This document shows positions 27,494 to 40,100 of a stretch of DNA of 64,000 nt, piece after piece. The notes below the pieces were generated by a model. The model saw only the letters and a list, made by a program, of their open reading frames with translations, was not told the DNA's origin and made no database searches. Position 1 is the first letter of the stretch, and each line of letters begins with the position of its first letter. The translations under genes and the position numbers were made by a program. The stretch is from Kudoa neothunni (lineage: Eukaryota > Animalia > Cnidaria). The DNA lies in the NCBI GenBank assembly GCA_964304625.1, contig OZ199838.1:3080147-3144146 (forward strand), in the 5' to 3' direction.

Positions 27494-28951
27494 CTAAATT
27501 TTAGGAATTAATCCTTTGCTTATCAAATTCACAACTGTAGCCATGTAAAACATAAGAAAATGATATTGATGAAAAGTGTTGGAATTGCACGAAAACTTTG
27601 ACAAAGTGCTTGGCGAGTAGGAAAAACTATTGACTATGTTCATCAACTGAGATAACGCGTTATAATTATCAGGAATATGCTTGCCAATGAATTCACTTAA
27701 AGATTCTTTATCAATAATGGACCACTATAACATTAATTGATTAAAAATTAAATGCAATCAATCACATTCAGTAAAATAATGTTATGAAGGTTGATGATAT
27801 CAGATTGTGATTGTAGGAGGTTGGTTGTGGATAGTTTTAGGCCATTTTGAGCAATTTTGGTTAACAATGAAGATTCACCCTCCTCACAACTTATTGTCTG
27901 GTCATTTAAGTAGGATTCGAAATACAATTTTGAGTTTTCCTTTAGACTCTATCATACAAATACAATTCATTATAAACAGCACACAAAGAAACAACCTCAA
28001 GGTAGGAACGATCTTTGGTCAAATCAAATAAGTATTTTCTGTACTGATAGAATGTTGAATACAAACTCATGCTGTGAAATCTCATTTGATTGTTATTATC
28101 ATTTTCGAAGACATTTGAAAAATATCTTTGAAGGCAAATGCTAACAATTGCATTGTTGCGAAGGAAAATTTTAGCAAGGTTCAATTTTCTATTGTTATTA
28201 GCATATTTAAGTTTGCTGTTGATTATGTAGAGATCTGCGTTTGGAGCTTCACAAAAGGATCTTGATAACTAACCGCAATCAACCGATATCACACTACAAC
28301 TAACAAATTCAATTACTTTATTGGATATATCACCAACATCCTCAAATATTTCTATATTACAACTCGCTGTGATATCAACACTATTGGTTGTTCTACAGTA
28401 GGTACAGAACAATACGTTTTTCAAGCCGATATCGATCACCATGACCTTGTTATATTTCTGCAAAAATATAACATTATATATTCATTGTTAGCATGTTAAA
28501 ACAAACCAACCAGCCAAAAATGGTCATCATTGGTGGATTTTTCAATACTACAACTAATGGTTTCATCCAACGTATCATCATCTTTTTGTAAATAGTCCAT
28601 AATTTGATTGGAAGTGAGTAGGCCATGTGTTTCGATATCATCAACCTTTTCGAATTTTTTTCCACCTTCTTTCTTCATTTTTTTCAGCTGCATCAATTTA
28701 TAATCAGGCACATCAAAAATTTGTTTAATTTTCTTCACATAAGCTTTATTAAATAGTTGAAGCAATTCCATCTAAGTTGATTTATTGATTGATTCATTCA
28801 TTCATCTAAGAAAACATTCCGATGGGTTGAATACTTGTTTTTTATGCGAAACTCCTTCAACATAGTTTCTATCTTTGATACTGGCATGACTGAGACATTT
28901 TGACTGTAAAAGTTTGTGTGCATAGGCGGGCACAGTTTTCCATTTATTCAT
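27494..28951 (-). CDS. TEFM/Ydc2-like (HhH)2 + RuvC-fold protein, paralogue B, predicted catalytically dead
   Basis: Six exons splice in frame: MNKWKTVP...|MELLQLFNKA...KFEKVDDIETHGLL...|KYNKVMVIDIGLKNVLFC...|...PNADLYIINS...|SLKENSKLYFE...|...HQYHFLMFYMA...PKI*. Confidence 0.7.
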
Positions 28952-29136
28952 CTCAAGTCCACCTGTTCCCACTTGAACTAATTTGTATATTTTATTCGAT
29001 AGATTGACTATACAAATACAAGAAATGACTTATTTTCTAATTATTTATGAAAGCAATCAAGCCTAAATCTTGAATTTAGCTAGGGGTGGGGGTGTTTAGG
29101 CATGCGCAAATTTAAATTAAATTTAAGGATATTTTA
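28952..29136. promoter_or_regulatory. Putative bidirectional promoter with GC/GT-box and NRF1-type motif
   Basis: 185 bp between divergent ATGs. GGGGTGGGGG at about 29083-29092 and GGCATGCGCA at 29099-29108. Confidence 0.65.
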
Positions 29137-30545
29137 ATGAGGGGTATAGCGAGGGTCCTTACCCGATCATCACTGTGGAAACGGAACCTTAATTATCTAG
29201 CGTATCCGAAACAAGTCTTGGTATTTGGATTCAAGCTGATACAGAATTTAGATGGTTGAATATTGTTTAGACCACCACATTAAAATATTTTAATGATCCC
29301 AAACACACATGGTTAACTGAGTATGGGATGGTGTTGAGTGATTTACGAAGGCTGCAGTTGATTTTATTAGAAGTTGATCGATTTAAAAATCTTCAGCAGA
29401 TAATGGATCGTAATATCTTGAATGAAATACAACTAAAAACGCTGCTGGATTATGTCCATAATGATTACATAAATGGTAGGACTAGTGATCTCACTAAACT
29501 TTCAGCTACCCCTGCTATTAAGGTTTTACATTAGTTGATTTTAATTTTATTTGAATTAATGTAGGATATATATTCATGTGTTGGAATCGATTTATCGCCA
29601 ACTGAAATCGCTTTTTGTTCAATTGATTCCTATTTCAATGTGACCAACCTGAAGTACATACCGTTGGATATAACCTTCTCAAATATGGATCATGTTACTA
29701 GAGTGGTACGTGGTTTATTTTTTGATTGCAATTTAGAATGTGTGGTGACAATTTAGATTTGTGATGTGGTGGACAACTCATTACCACAGGCAGATCTTTA
29801 CGTTATAGAACAACAACCAACCTCACTTAACCACGTCACGAAAGATACTGGTTTTCTGAATTTCTATATTATGGAGAAATTGCTGCATACAGCGATTGCT
29901 ACTCGAAAATCACAACAACAACTAAAAACACCTAAAATAATAACCATGTCCGAAAATGAAATGTGTCTACATAGTGGACTGCCCAATATGCAAACTCAAA
30001 GAGAATACATTTGCAAGGTGGTCACCGATGACACCTTCTACTATGCGGAAGTTATCAGATCGGTCAATTTAATGAAACTCAATGAGAGACGTCATGTGGA
30101 TTTGGAATCGATGTACGATGCGAGAAATATCTCCAGTCAGTATCTAGTGGATGTAAGTTGTTTTAATGGTTTTTGTTAATTTGTCGTTTAGAATGTTATA
30201 TCGGCCTCGTTTTTACCTGTATGATAATATTGTTATTTTCATTGTTGTTTTTTTGTTTTGAAATATTGTGGCAGGTTAATTAATCTCAACTTTGATTAGG
30301 TATATTTTGAGATCCTATTAAAAGATAATGCCACTCTAACAGAATTCCACTCGTTTGTTAACACTTTCAATATTCCCGACCACTTAAAATTATACTACAA
30401 TAGCCTGCCAATCAAGCACGATGTCGCTGATGCGTTGTGGTTGGCAGCTTCCTATTGGTTTTATATGAACAAGAATCATGCTTCATTTTTCCAAAATCTA
30501 CCTCCTCCCAGCTCGATCACCATGATTTCTAATACCACCGACTAA
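29137..30545 (+). CDS. TEFM/Ydc2(Cce1)-like (HhH)2 + RuvC-fold mitochondrial protein, paralogue A, with intact resolvase active-site residues
   Basis: Arg-rich, acid-free N-terminus MRGIARVLTRSSLWKRNL. HhH-like region LKYFND...RFKNLQQIMDRNIL. RuvC-fold motifs CVGIDLS, PQADLYVIEQQ and IKHDVADALWLAASYW. Six exons with GT-AG introns. Confidence 0.78.
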
Positions 30546-31640
30546 ATCTATTCTTATTCTTATTATGTTAACTTTTAATGCTCATTCTCAGTCATTTATG
30601 ACGTCTGTATTTGTTTTTTTTGTTTTCTATTGACCATTTTTCTGTCTTATTAACACACAAATCGCGTCATTATTTTCAATGTTGATGGGAATATTTATGT
30701 GATGTGGAAAATAATTAACTAAGGAATGGTTTTATAACGGTTCTATTAGAGTTTGAATAATATATTTTCACATTTAAACGTGTTAATGTTGAAATACAAT
30801 AAATCTTTATTAAATGGAATTAATTAGGAATGCCCTACGGTCGATTAAAAACTGTTGATCATTTTTGAATAATTTTATTTAAATTAAACTTTCAATTTGA
30901 TACTTTTTTAGATATAAGTTAAAAATAATTAAGTTTTCCAATTTAGAAGTTCTTATTGGTCCAAAAAATATAGTTATTTCTGGTTAAAAAGAAAAATCGG
31001 CAAAAATACTATTTAGTATATTAAAATTAATATAAAATTTAGTTTTTTATTTATAATGTGGAAATTATTGATACTTGAAAAGTAATTGATATAATTTTTT
31101 TTGCCCTTTTTTGAATTGTTCTATTCCCTTACCCATATATATTATTGCTTTTGAAGTAAAGCAAATTAATGAATAATCAATTCAAATTATATATATCGTA
31201 AAAACTTTATTCATCAACAAAAATATCACTAACTTTAGATTTTTTTAGCTTTTTTCGATCCATTAAAATATTAAAATATGCGAAAAATTGGCTGCTCCGT
31301 GTTATAATTCCTAGACTTGTCCAACATGAATGTGCGTGAATTTATTTGTTTCCGCTAGTCTTGAAAAGGTTGTAATCGTTTCTTATTTGCTTATTTGAAA
31401 TAAAATTGTGGGTAAGCATCACAATTTGCATGTTTTATAGATCTGAGCGTTCGTAACTTATTTTTCGACCTTTAATGGACGAAGGATAAGTCACTTCAGA
31501 GATCCCGTAGTAGAATTATAATTGATAAAAATAGAATAATACGGACTCATTCAAAACTTTTTGATTAAGTTTATAAGGAGCGCAATATTAGATCGAAATA
31601 TTTGAGGAACAATTTTTAATTAAAATTCCCAAACCATATA

Positions 31641-32984
31641 CAGTCGAACCCCGTTTATCCGAACGATTTTTTAAAATTTATTTGAAATTGATGTATATTC
31701 TAAATAAAAAAATTTCGTTTCATCGAAGTTTGAGAAACAACTTTTTTCTGGAATTTTCGGATAAAAATACCTTCAAAAATGGATTAGTGCTCGGTTAAAA
31801 TAGCACCCATATTTATTTTTTTGACGAATATATTCGTTATTTATCCAATTTAAGTTTATGTTTGATTAATAGAAATAGCGTAATGTAGATAATATAGTAT
31901 TTTATGTTCATGATGAACGAATAAATGTTGAGTAGAGACAAACTCCCTTATATCTTTTCATGAGTAATAAAATAAAAAAATAAAAATTTAGTTTATTGGA
32001 TTGTTTAACCACAAACTAGCAGTGACTTCATAAGACCAATTTTTCCACGGGATTATAACTGACTAGTTCCAGGCGGCATATAAAACAAAGTGTGGTCATT
32101 TTTTGTATGAAATCTTTTTCTGCACGATAATCACTTGGAAGTGATTTGTTAGGCCCAATTTTAATAAAAAACAATTTTTATGAGAGATATAAATACTTTA
32201 CGTTGGATAATTATTCAAGGTTTTTATGCCATTTTTAATAATTTCACTATTTTCTATGGCTACCGAAACTCTAAAAATCTGTGAAATACTTTATAACATA
32301 TTTTATATAATTTTTAAAACAATTAAAATATGCCGAATAAAGTAAAATGTTCTATATCCTAAGCCTATATACGATTTTGTTGTTTCATCAATAACAAATA
32401 TTTTAATAAACACGTTTATGTGCGTTAATTTTTCCGTATATAAAGGGGGTTCCTAGTTGATTCAATACAACATCTTTCAATGTTGTATGGGTTGATAAAT
32501 AAAATATTATATATTTTGCATAATTACGTAGATTATTTATGATAGATATTACTTCAACAATGACAACTTATTTAGTATCAAAATCGTGTGATAATAAGTT
32601 AAAAGCGATCTTATTATACTTTGTTTTAACTTTTCATTGTGAATAATTATTTGCGAACCGTTCAAAATATTTACATTAAAAGTTAAACAATGAATATAAA
32701 TATTAAAAAAGATCACAAACAAAAAGTGTATGAAATTTTATAATGTTGTCTTTAAAATTAGGATATAGTTTATATATTTTAATCAAACGTTATTTTCATT
32801 CTAAAATGATATATAATTCATCCAAATGATATTATTCAAGTTAGAATGTATTGTGAACACAAATGTAGGCTAAGAGTGGATTTGGATAATAGTGAACTTT
32901 CTAATAGAGATAATACAAGAATTAAATATATACCCCGAGAATTACCTTGGATAGCGCTACTATCGAAAAATCGAAGTTTGACTG
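31641..32984. mobile_element. Degenerate Tc1/pogo(Tigger)-type element
   Basis: TA|CAGTCGAACCCCGTTTATCCGA ... TCGAAAAATCGAAGTTTGACTG|TA: imperfect TIRs with TA flanks. Confidence 0.5.
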
Positions 32985-34634
32985 TATATATTTTACAAAA
33001 AACGAAATATTTATAATACTTATATTATCACAATGTCTGGAAAATATATTTTTCAAAAATATCAATCAGTATTAAGCGCGGTAAACGATTTTCAAGGTTA
33101 AGTTCAATTAAACAAGAGTTTGCGTTAAAATACAAAATTATGAGTAATTTGACATTAAAATTTAAATGTATAAACTTCTAACAGATATTTAATTTGAAAA
33201 AAAACAAATCGCCGGAGAAATTTTTTCTACAAAATTTTAATTAAAAGCAATTAAGTTAGAAGTAAATTTTCTCCATGAATTTATGAAAAATATGTTAGTA
33301 TTATATATTTTTCTCAAAAAAACTATTTTATACATTTCTAAACTATATATTAAATATTTTTAAACAGTCACTTTAATTAAAATTGGAATTTCATTAAATT
33401 TTTAAGGACAAGCGATTTTGACCACGATTTATTGTTGAATGATGATACTGAAATCAGCGAAATTTATGACGACGATATTGCTGAAAATTGCTATATTGAT
33501 AAAAATGGAGGTAATGGGCTCATTGAAAATCCTAGAATAGCGGAAACCAGAAGTTATACTCCATTATAATAAATATATGGTGTGGTTCAGATACAGTCGG
33601 CAAAATTATATCTACAACAATTGCCAAAAGATACACAATTCGGTGACCAACAGCTGTTTTCTACGATATGATTGATATTAGTTTAATTAACACATTTCAC
33701 ATTTACAAGAATATTTCCTCAGATTCAAATTTTAAAAAAAATTAGTTGATAGTCTAGTTAAAAATTATATTCGCGATAACATTAAATAGGTCGAGAAAAA
33801 CGTTGCGACGAGTGAGTCTCGTTCTAGTAGAAAAAGATGTTATCTGTTTGACTATGTTCAAGACAAAAAAATATAAATATTCAGTTCGATGGCCAATTAA
33901 ATTGTGAAAACCACTCAAAAGTTACCTGCTCAAAATGCTTCAAATAAATCAATTATTAGGTTTTAACAAAATATATTAAACTTTTTATTTTTCTTGATAG
34001 ACGATTAATTTTATTAACTCTAAAAAATATACCTTACTCTAATTTTATCAAATATTTGACACTTCATAAATAGGAATTGTCATACGACTTAAATTAGTCA
34101 AATAAGGATTTATGTAAATAATTTTTTGGCTGAGGCATTATCCGTACAACCTCGTAGTTACTATTTTTAGTCATTATTCCAAAATTAATGATTAGATTTA
34201 AGTTTAGTCCACATAAAACATCATAAAATATTTTATTGTACCATTATGGGGAAAAAATATTTGAGGTCATATTGACCCCAAAAGGAGAGTGAATGTATTG
34301 TCGATTTCGATCTAGCCTAAATCTCATCAGCTCTATCTGCTAACAACTATTGATTTAAATAATGTCAGCGAGTTAAAGAAAAGCTTTAACTCATGATAAA
34401 ACTATTGCCACGATAATACTAGCAGCAAATAAAAAAATATCAAATTAAAAAAAAAGATGGAGTCGAAATCCTATATATATTATTATTGTTTAAATGAAAA
34501 ATAGAATATTTAAGGACAACCTTTTTTAGACAACAGACAATGAACAATAAGAGCCCAGGGGTTCAGTTGCGAAGAGCTGAAAAACGGCCAGAGGTGACAA
34601 TAGACATACAAACAATGCATTCAAATGACCGCTT

Positions 34635-37100
34635 TCACCGCATGTAGACCGATGAACGTTTTCGATGAGATAATACATCGGTATTTTCCAAATCTTGAGA
34701 TTTTGGATTTCCTAATTTGTTTAATCGGTTATTAATACATTTCACGGTTTGGACGTTTAAGCCATAAATGGGTTGCAACGTCGAATCCAAATTATTCGTT
34801 TCGCCAGGTTGACCGGATTTTGTGTGGATTTTGGAGTGTTTCACGAGGTTACTGGGGTCTCTAAACGTTTTTTGGCATATGTGGCACAAAAGTGGCTTGT
34901 TGCTGTTGTGTGTTCGAAGATGGATTTTCAGACCGTACTTCCGTGTGTACAAGTTCTCACATATATGGCAAATAAATTGTTTCCCGTTTCTAGACCACAA
35001 ATGAGGTAGATTCATTATGATGATATCAGGAAGTGCGCCATTTTCCCCATCCAACATAAACAACTTTACTAAACATTAAAGTTATAACCGAATTCGACAC
35101 CATCGTATCCAATTACTGTCATTGTATTTCTCCGAATACATTAAACAATCGACAATCGTTGGCAAACCGTTAGGACATCCCATATGGCCAGATGAGGAAT
35201 TGCTTCTTGACGATTTATAGCTGCCTGTAAAATGGTCGAATGTAAAATTCCATTAGACAATCAAGAATGAGTTCAATGTTGTTACTGTATTCGTGATAGG
35301 AGTTGATATTGAATTGCACATACAAAGGTCCCAACACAGTTTTATTGCTGGTGTTCGAGTCCATCGAAGAGTCGATACTATTTCTAAATGTTAAAACAAC
35401 CCCATTGTGGCTGTTCTCTCGTAGAAAGGATTTAACAAAGTTAAACTTTTTGATAAATTTGTCATAGACATGAATAAAATTTTTCAAATGAGCAAAAGGG
35501 GAAAATGTGCTATTTGTATTATTCTGTGTCATTGATGGTATTGAATTGGAGCCATCTAAAATATCAACCATTACATATCCGCTAATGAATTCCGATAGTT
35601 GTTTTGGTAATAACAGAGATTCGAACCTGGATTGTGAGAACCAGAAGCTGCAGCGTTGTTAGCCAATATTATGTCTAAATTGGGGGAAATTCAGAACTAA
35701 AATAACCATTAATTTACATTCGTTTGAATATATATTCAGAAGCCACTGCCTGATAACTTTAGTCAATTCTTTCTTTTCCAGCCCAAGGTCAATCAATTTA
35801 CCAACATTAATAGCTGTTATGGATTTTCCATGGAATGTACAGTTGGAGATATAGTCGATAAGTTCGGCTTTAGTTTGAATTTCTAGCAGGGATTTGTTGC
35901 GTTCAATTTTGATGTTGTATTTGAAGAGTTCGGCGAGATTTTGAACAAAAACCCCTGAAACCAAATCAGGTGTGTAATAGATAGATGGAAGAGCTATGGG
36001 AATTCGCGACAAATCACTAAGGTTGATATTTGAAATTATGGTGTCGCTCTGAAGGAAGAAATCTATTAAATTGTTTAACGTGTTCGTGTGCTGGCGACCA
36101 TCGTCATTAATGAACAATTTTTTCAAGTGGCTCAAAAAATCGTCATACGTCGCGTATATTTTATTGTTCATTTGATCAGAAACATCAGTATAGCTAAGGG
36201 TTTCATGGGTGACAACGGATGGCAGGAATTCACCAGTATTGTAATCATTCACAAAAAACCCATTAGTGCTAGTAGTTGTAGTAGCATTAGAGGAGGCATT
36301 ATATGAGGAGCATGGATCAGAGCATAGGGACTCAACGTAGACAGACTGTGGATTTATATTACTAAAATTGTTCCGATGTTTTAACGACGTTGTAGGATCG
36401 CTGAACTTTCTAATTGGAATTTGGGCATCATATGCTGGTGAAAATTCTGTGTGCGGGGGAGGCAAGGTATTACAAGGTGCTTGAACGAACATATTGACCA
36501 CTTCTCCGAATTTATTAAGGCCATTTTCAGGATCCCATACATTGTTAGAAAGGAGACACGGCAGATTTGTGTTAAAAGTGTTTTTTGTTTCGATTGAATA
36601 ATTATTGGCGTTATTTGGACAAGGAAAATTTGGATTATTTCCAGCTAAATCCACGGATTGATTATTCGGTCCAGTTATCTCACGTTTGTAGGTAGAATAG
36701 TGCTGTTGGAGCATAGTGAGATGGGGATCAACGTTATTTTTATAGCCAGTAGATTGCATGTGGCTATTGGAAAAGTTATTAAGTGGCCTAGACTGATCAG
36801 CTAGGCAAAAATTGGTCGGCTGATCGGTTGTCTTATTTTTGGCGCAATCATTACTCAAATTATATGACAGTAAATTTTGCTGAAACCCAAAAATAGGATT
36901 ACTAAGAATATTGGTTACGTAAGGACTTTCCCAAGCCTCAGAAAAACTAAATTCATAAAGGGAAAAACTCAGGATTTGTACCCCACATTAGTAATACTTA
37001 TTTTCAGTGGTATTCCTCACATTTTGAATGTTATTTGGTGGAAGAACATTCAAGTAGGAGTTAGAAGAATTTTGTTCGACGAATTGTTTTGGGGCATTAC
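34635..37100 (-). CDS. PRDM13: PRDM13-like C2H2 zinc-finger protein (5' end and exon joins uncertain)
   Basis: Zinc fingers CHICENLYTRKYGLKIHLRTH and CHICQKTFRDPSNLVKHSKIH match the PRDM13 signature (YSRKYGLKIH...FGDPSNLNKH). Partial PR/SET-like pieces TVLGP and DSNWIRW. Long upstream ORF at 35659-36858. Confidence 0.7.
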
Positions 37101-40100
37101 CTAAATTTAAATTATACACAACCGCACAAAATCTAGAAACTTTAAAACTTAACGCTAAAGCAGTAAAATACACGCAAATGTTACATTTTATTTAAACAAA
37201 GGCAAACCAGCCGATTCTTAAATGTATAACCGCTTGTGTCTTCTAATTTAGAGGACGCCGTTCCTAAACAATAGTACCTGTGCTGGAATAGATGTCTCTA
37301 TACATGCCCCCTATTTGATATTGTATTGCTAACCTAATCTTGGATACGACTAATTTGTGTTAACCAGTACCTGCATTTCTGACATCCACTGAGATATCAG
37401 AATACAATAAGAAAGTACGCCGAAAGAATTTCTATTTTATTCATTTTAATCCTTACCCCTGAAAAAAATCCCCATAGTATTGAAAATAATAGCTACCTTT
37501 TGGGACAGGTAACAGGTGATAATTGTCAGAACTAGTAGTCTAGTTAATAATAGCCAAATAAACAAATACTATCGGGAAGAAATTTCCTGTTATTATAGGA
37601 CAATTTAGCAAAACTACCATTATAAAATTAACCAAATTCTATTTCCCTTGTTTTCCATGGGGGAGGCACGGCGGTAAACAAATTAAATATACATTTATTA
37701 ATGTGATATGATCGCTGAAAATTAATTTCAATTTATTTCAAAATTAATCGACTATTTAATACCTTAGAAACTAAAAGGTATGAATTTACTTAAGCATTGA
37801 TTGCTTGAGTTTAGACGTGGAATTCTTTCTTGAATATCGCTTGTTATTGGACGATTCATCATGCACAATAGTCAACAATCTCAGTCTAATAAATACACCA
37901 AATTAAGACGATAAAATCTGTTCAATTGAGATTTTGAATAATTTCCCATAGATAAATTCTACTAAAGGGATCCGATATCCCTCAGGCAGCTTCCAACAAT
38001 GACCACTCAAAACAACCAAATTTTTCCCGTTTAATCATTATCAATAACTTACTTTTGAGGTACACCTGTAAAAGGGTGCAAGGTGGTAGCGGCTAACTTA
38101 GGATAAAAACTTAGAGGGTATCATTTGCACGCATAAAAATAATGCTCTTACGTGGGAGAGATTTGACTAGGTAATCCATCTTGAGAGACCGTGGTTAATG
38201 AATTCCTTAATCTAATGTGAAAATTATTAATCAACTAAACAAATAGATTGATTTTAACTTAAGGATTTAATTTCGCTCTCTTTACCAGACTACCGTTTCT
38301 CACCCTAAGGATCTACATATAATTCACCTACCACTCATTTTCTTACACTATAAAACAACCATATTAATTTTATCGCATGAAAAAAAAAGAAAACTAATAA
38401 ATAATTTATTTTATATCTCAATGGTACCTGCTAGGTTAAGTATAGATAATTTTGTTGGTTCTTCAATTTTAGGGGCAACATGTAGATGTGTGTCCTTCAA
38501 ATTTCAAGAATTCACATCTTTACTATTCAGAACTATTATCCAGTTTGAATTTTAATTAACTTCTTACGATCACTCAGTGTAAACCGGATAATTTTGGCAG
38601 GTATTGGTAGATTTATTCACCTTGCATATTATTCTAGGCAAGATTTTCGTCTTATCTTTAGCAAACCACAAAATTATTTTCTTTCTGTATTTAATGCCAA
38701 TTCATACAAGATAGTTATATCTTACAATATTTAAATAATTCGTAACGATAAATAAAACAAAATAAATGATTAGGTCTCATCGTTGTATTATTGGCACCAA
38801 TTTGACAGAGATTGAGGTCATTCAATGCAACACCACTCCCATTATTATCACCTAATGCTGTAAGATCATCACTTGTGTACTAGCTATCCTATCGATAATT
38901 TCTCAACGCTAACTCATTATTCTAATCCTTTAATGTAAATGAGATAATTTTTATTTCGAACTTTATTAACAATCAATTTTTATGAACTGTAATCAATAAT
39001 ATTATTCTATGTATTCATTGCGGCCAATTAAAAAAATATATCAATCATTTTTTTATACGATTTGAGAATTTAAAATGACCATCACATGCACCCCCCTCCA
39101 AATAAGCACCTACATAGTACAATTTGAGGTGACGCTCTCCGAATACTTTGTCCAAACCAAAACAAATTGCAAAAACTATGTCAAAATCTTTTCACTGTCA
39201 ATTAAAAACCCGATAACTATTACAGTGCAAGAGAAAACTCAATTAAATCAGTACTACTAAACGAAACTCACAACTCCTTTACTCTCTCATTTATATAAAC
39301 TATTAACTATTTATTTATATCCTAAACGTTATAAAGATGGGTATAATTCCACCTCTAACCAACTCTAGAGTAGATTTGCTTTGTAGGGATTAAACAACTT
39401 AACGTCTCCGCCTGGAAGGACGCATGCTCAGCGTCGATATTAATCTGCTCGCCTAAAGTCACATTTTTGTTTCGGTTACATTACTCCTTATTTTTTATAT
39501 TCTATTTTTTTATTTAAATTTAATATAATTCTAAGATAAAATAAATTAAATTAAATTAGAACAATAAAACACATTTTTAAATAAGAATACAAAATTATAC
39601 CAGTTATAATTATTAAATAGATTTGAATAATTCGCAAGAATAAATTTTTCTCTCCATATCAGTATCAGAATCGGTGGTATCAGATCACGCACGCGCAAGC
39701 ATTTTGGCTCAAAGGTAGGAAATCTCCCAATAGATTATATTTAATTTTTTTTAAGTTTCAAGCATTAGTTCTATGTCTACTGTAGTTTTAAAAATAATCT
39801 TTAGGCTATATGTCAACAATAAGGATGCCTAGATCCTTGAATATTAAAACCATCAATAATAAATTACTGAATTTATGAATTAAAGCATGTTTTTTGGATA
39901 TTATAATGACTAAATAGGTGTTTAAATTCAAAACCATCATATTCTATTGTGATTATAACATAGAATTGTTATAATTACAAATGATAATATTAGAATTGTT
40001 TAAAATCTAATATAGATTTATAATATTGATGAAAATAAATTAAACGAAATAAATCACATGTAATTTATTTTTATACATGTTTTGTCGTATTTACATTATT

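Noticed and set aside
38300-39300. LINE reverse-transcriptase remnant (YTSDD-like), also suspected at about 13000-13700
   Set aside because: Motifs are too degraded to support without a profile search.
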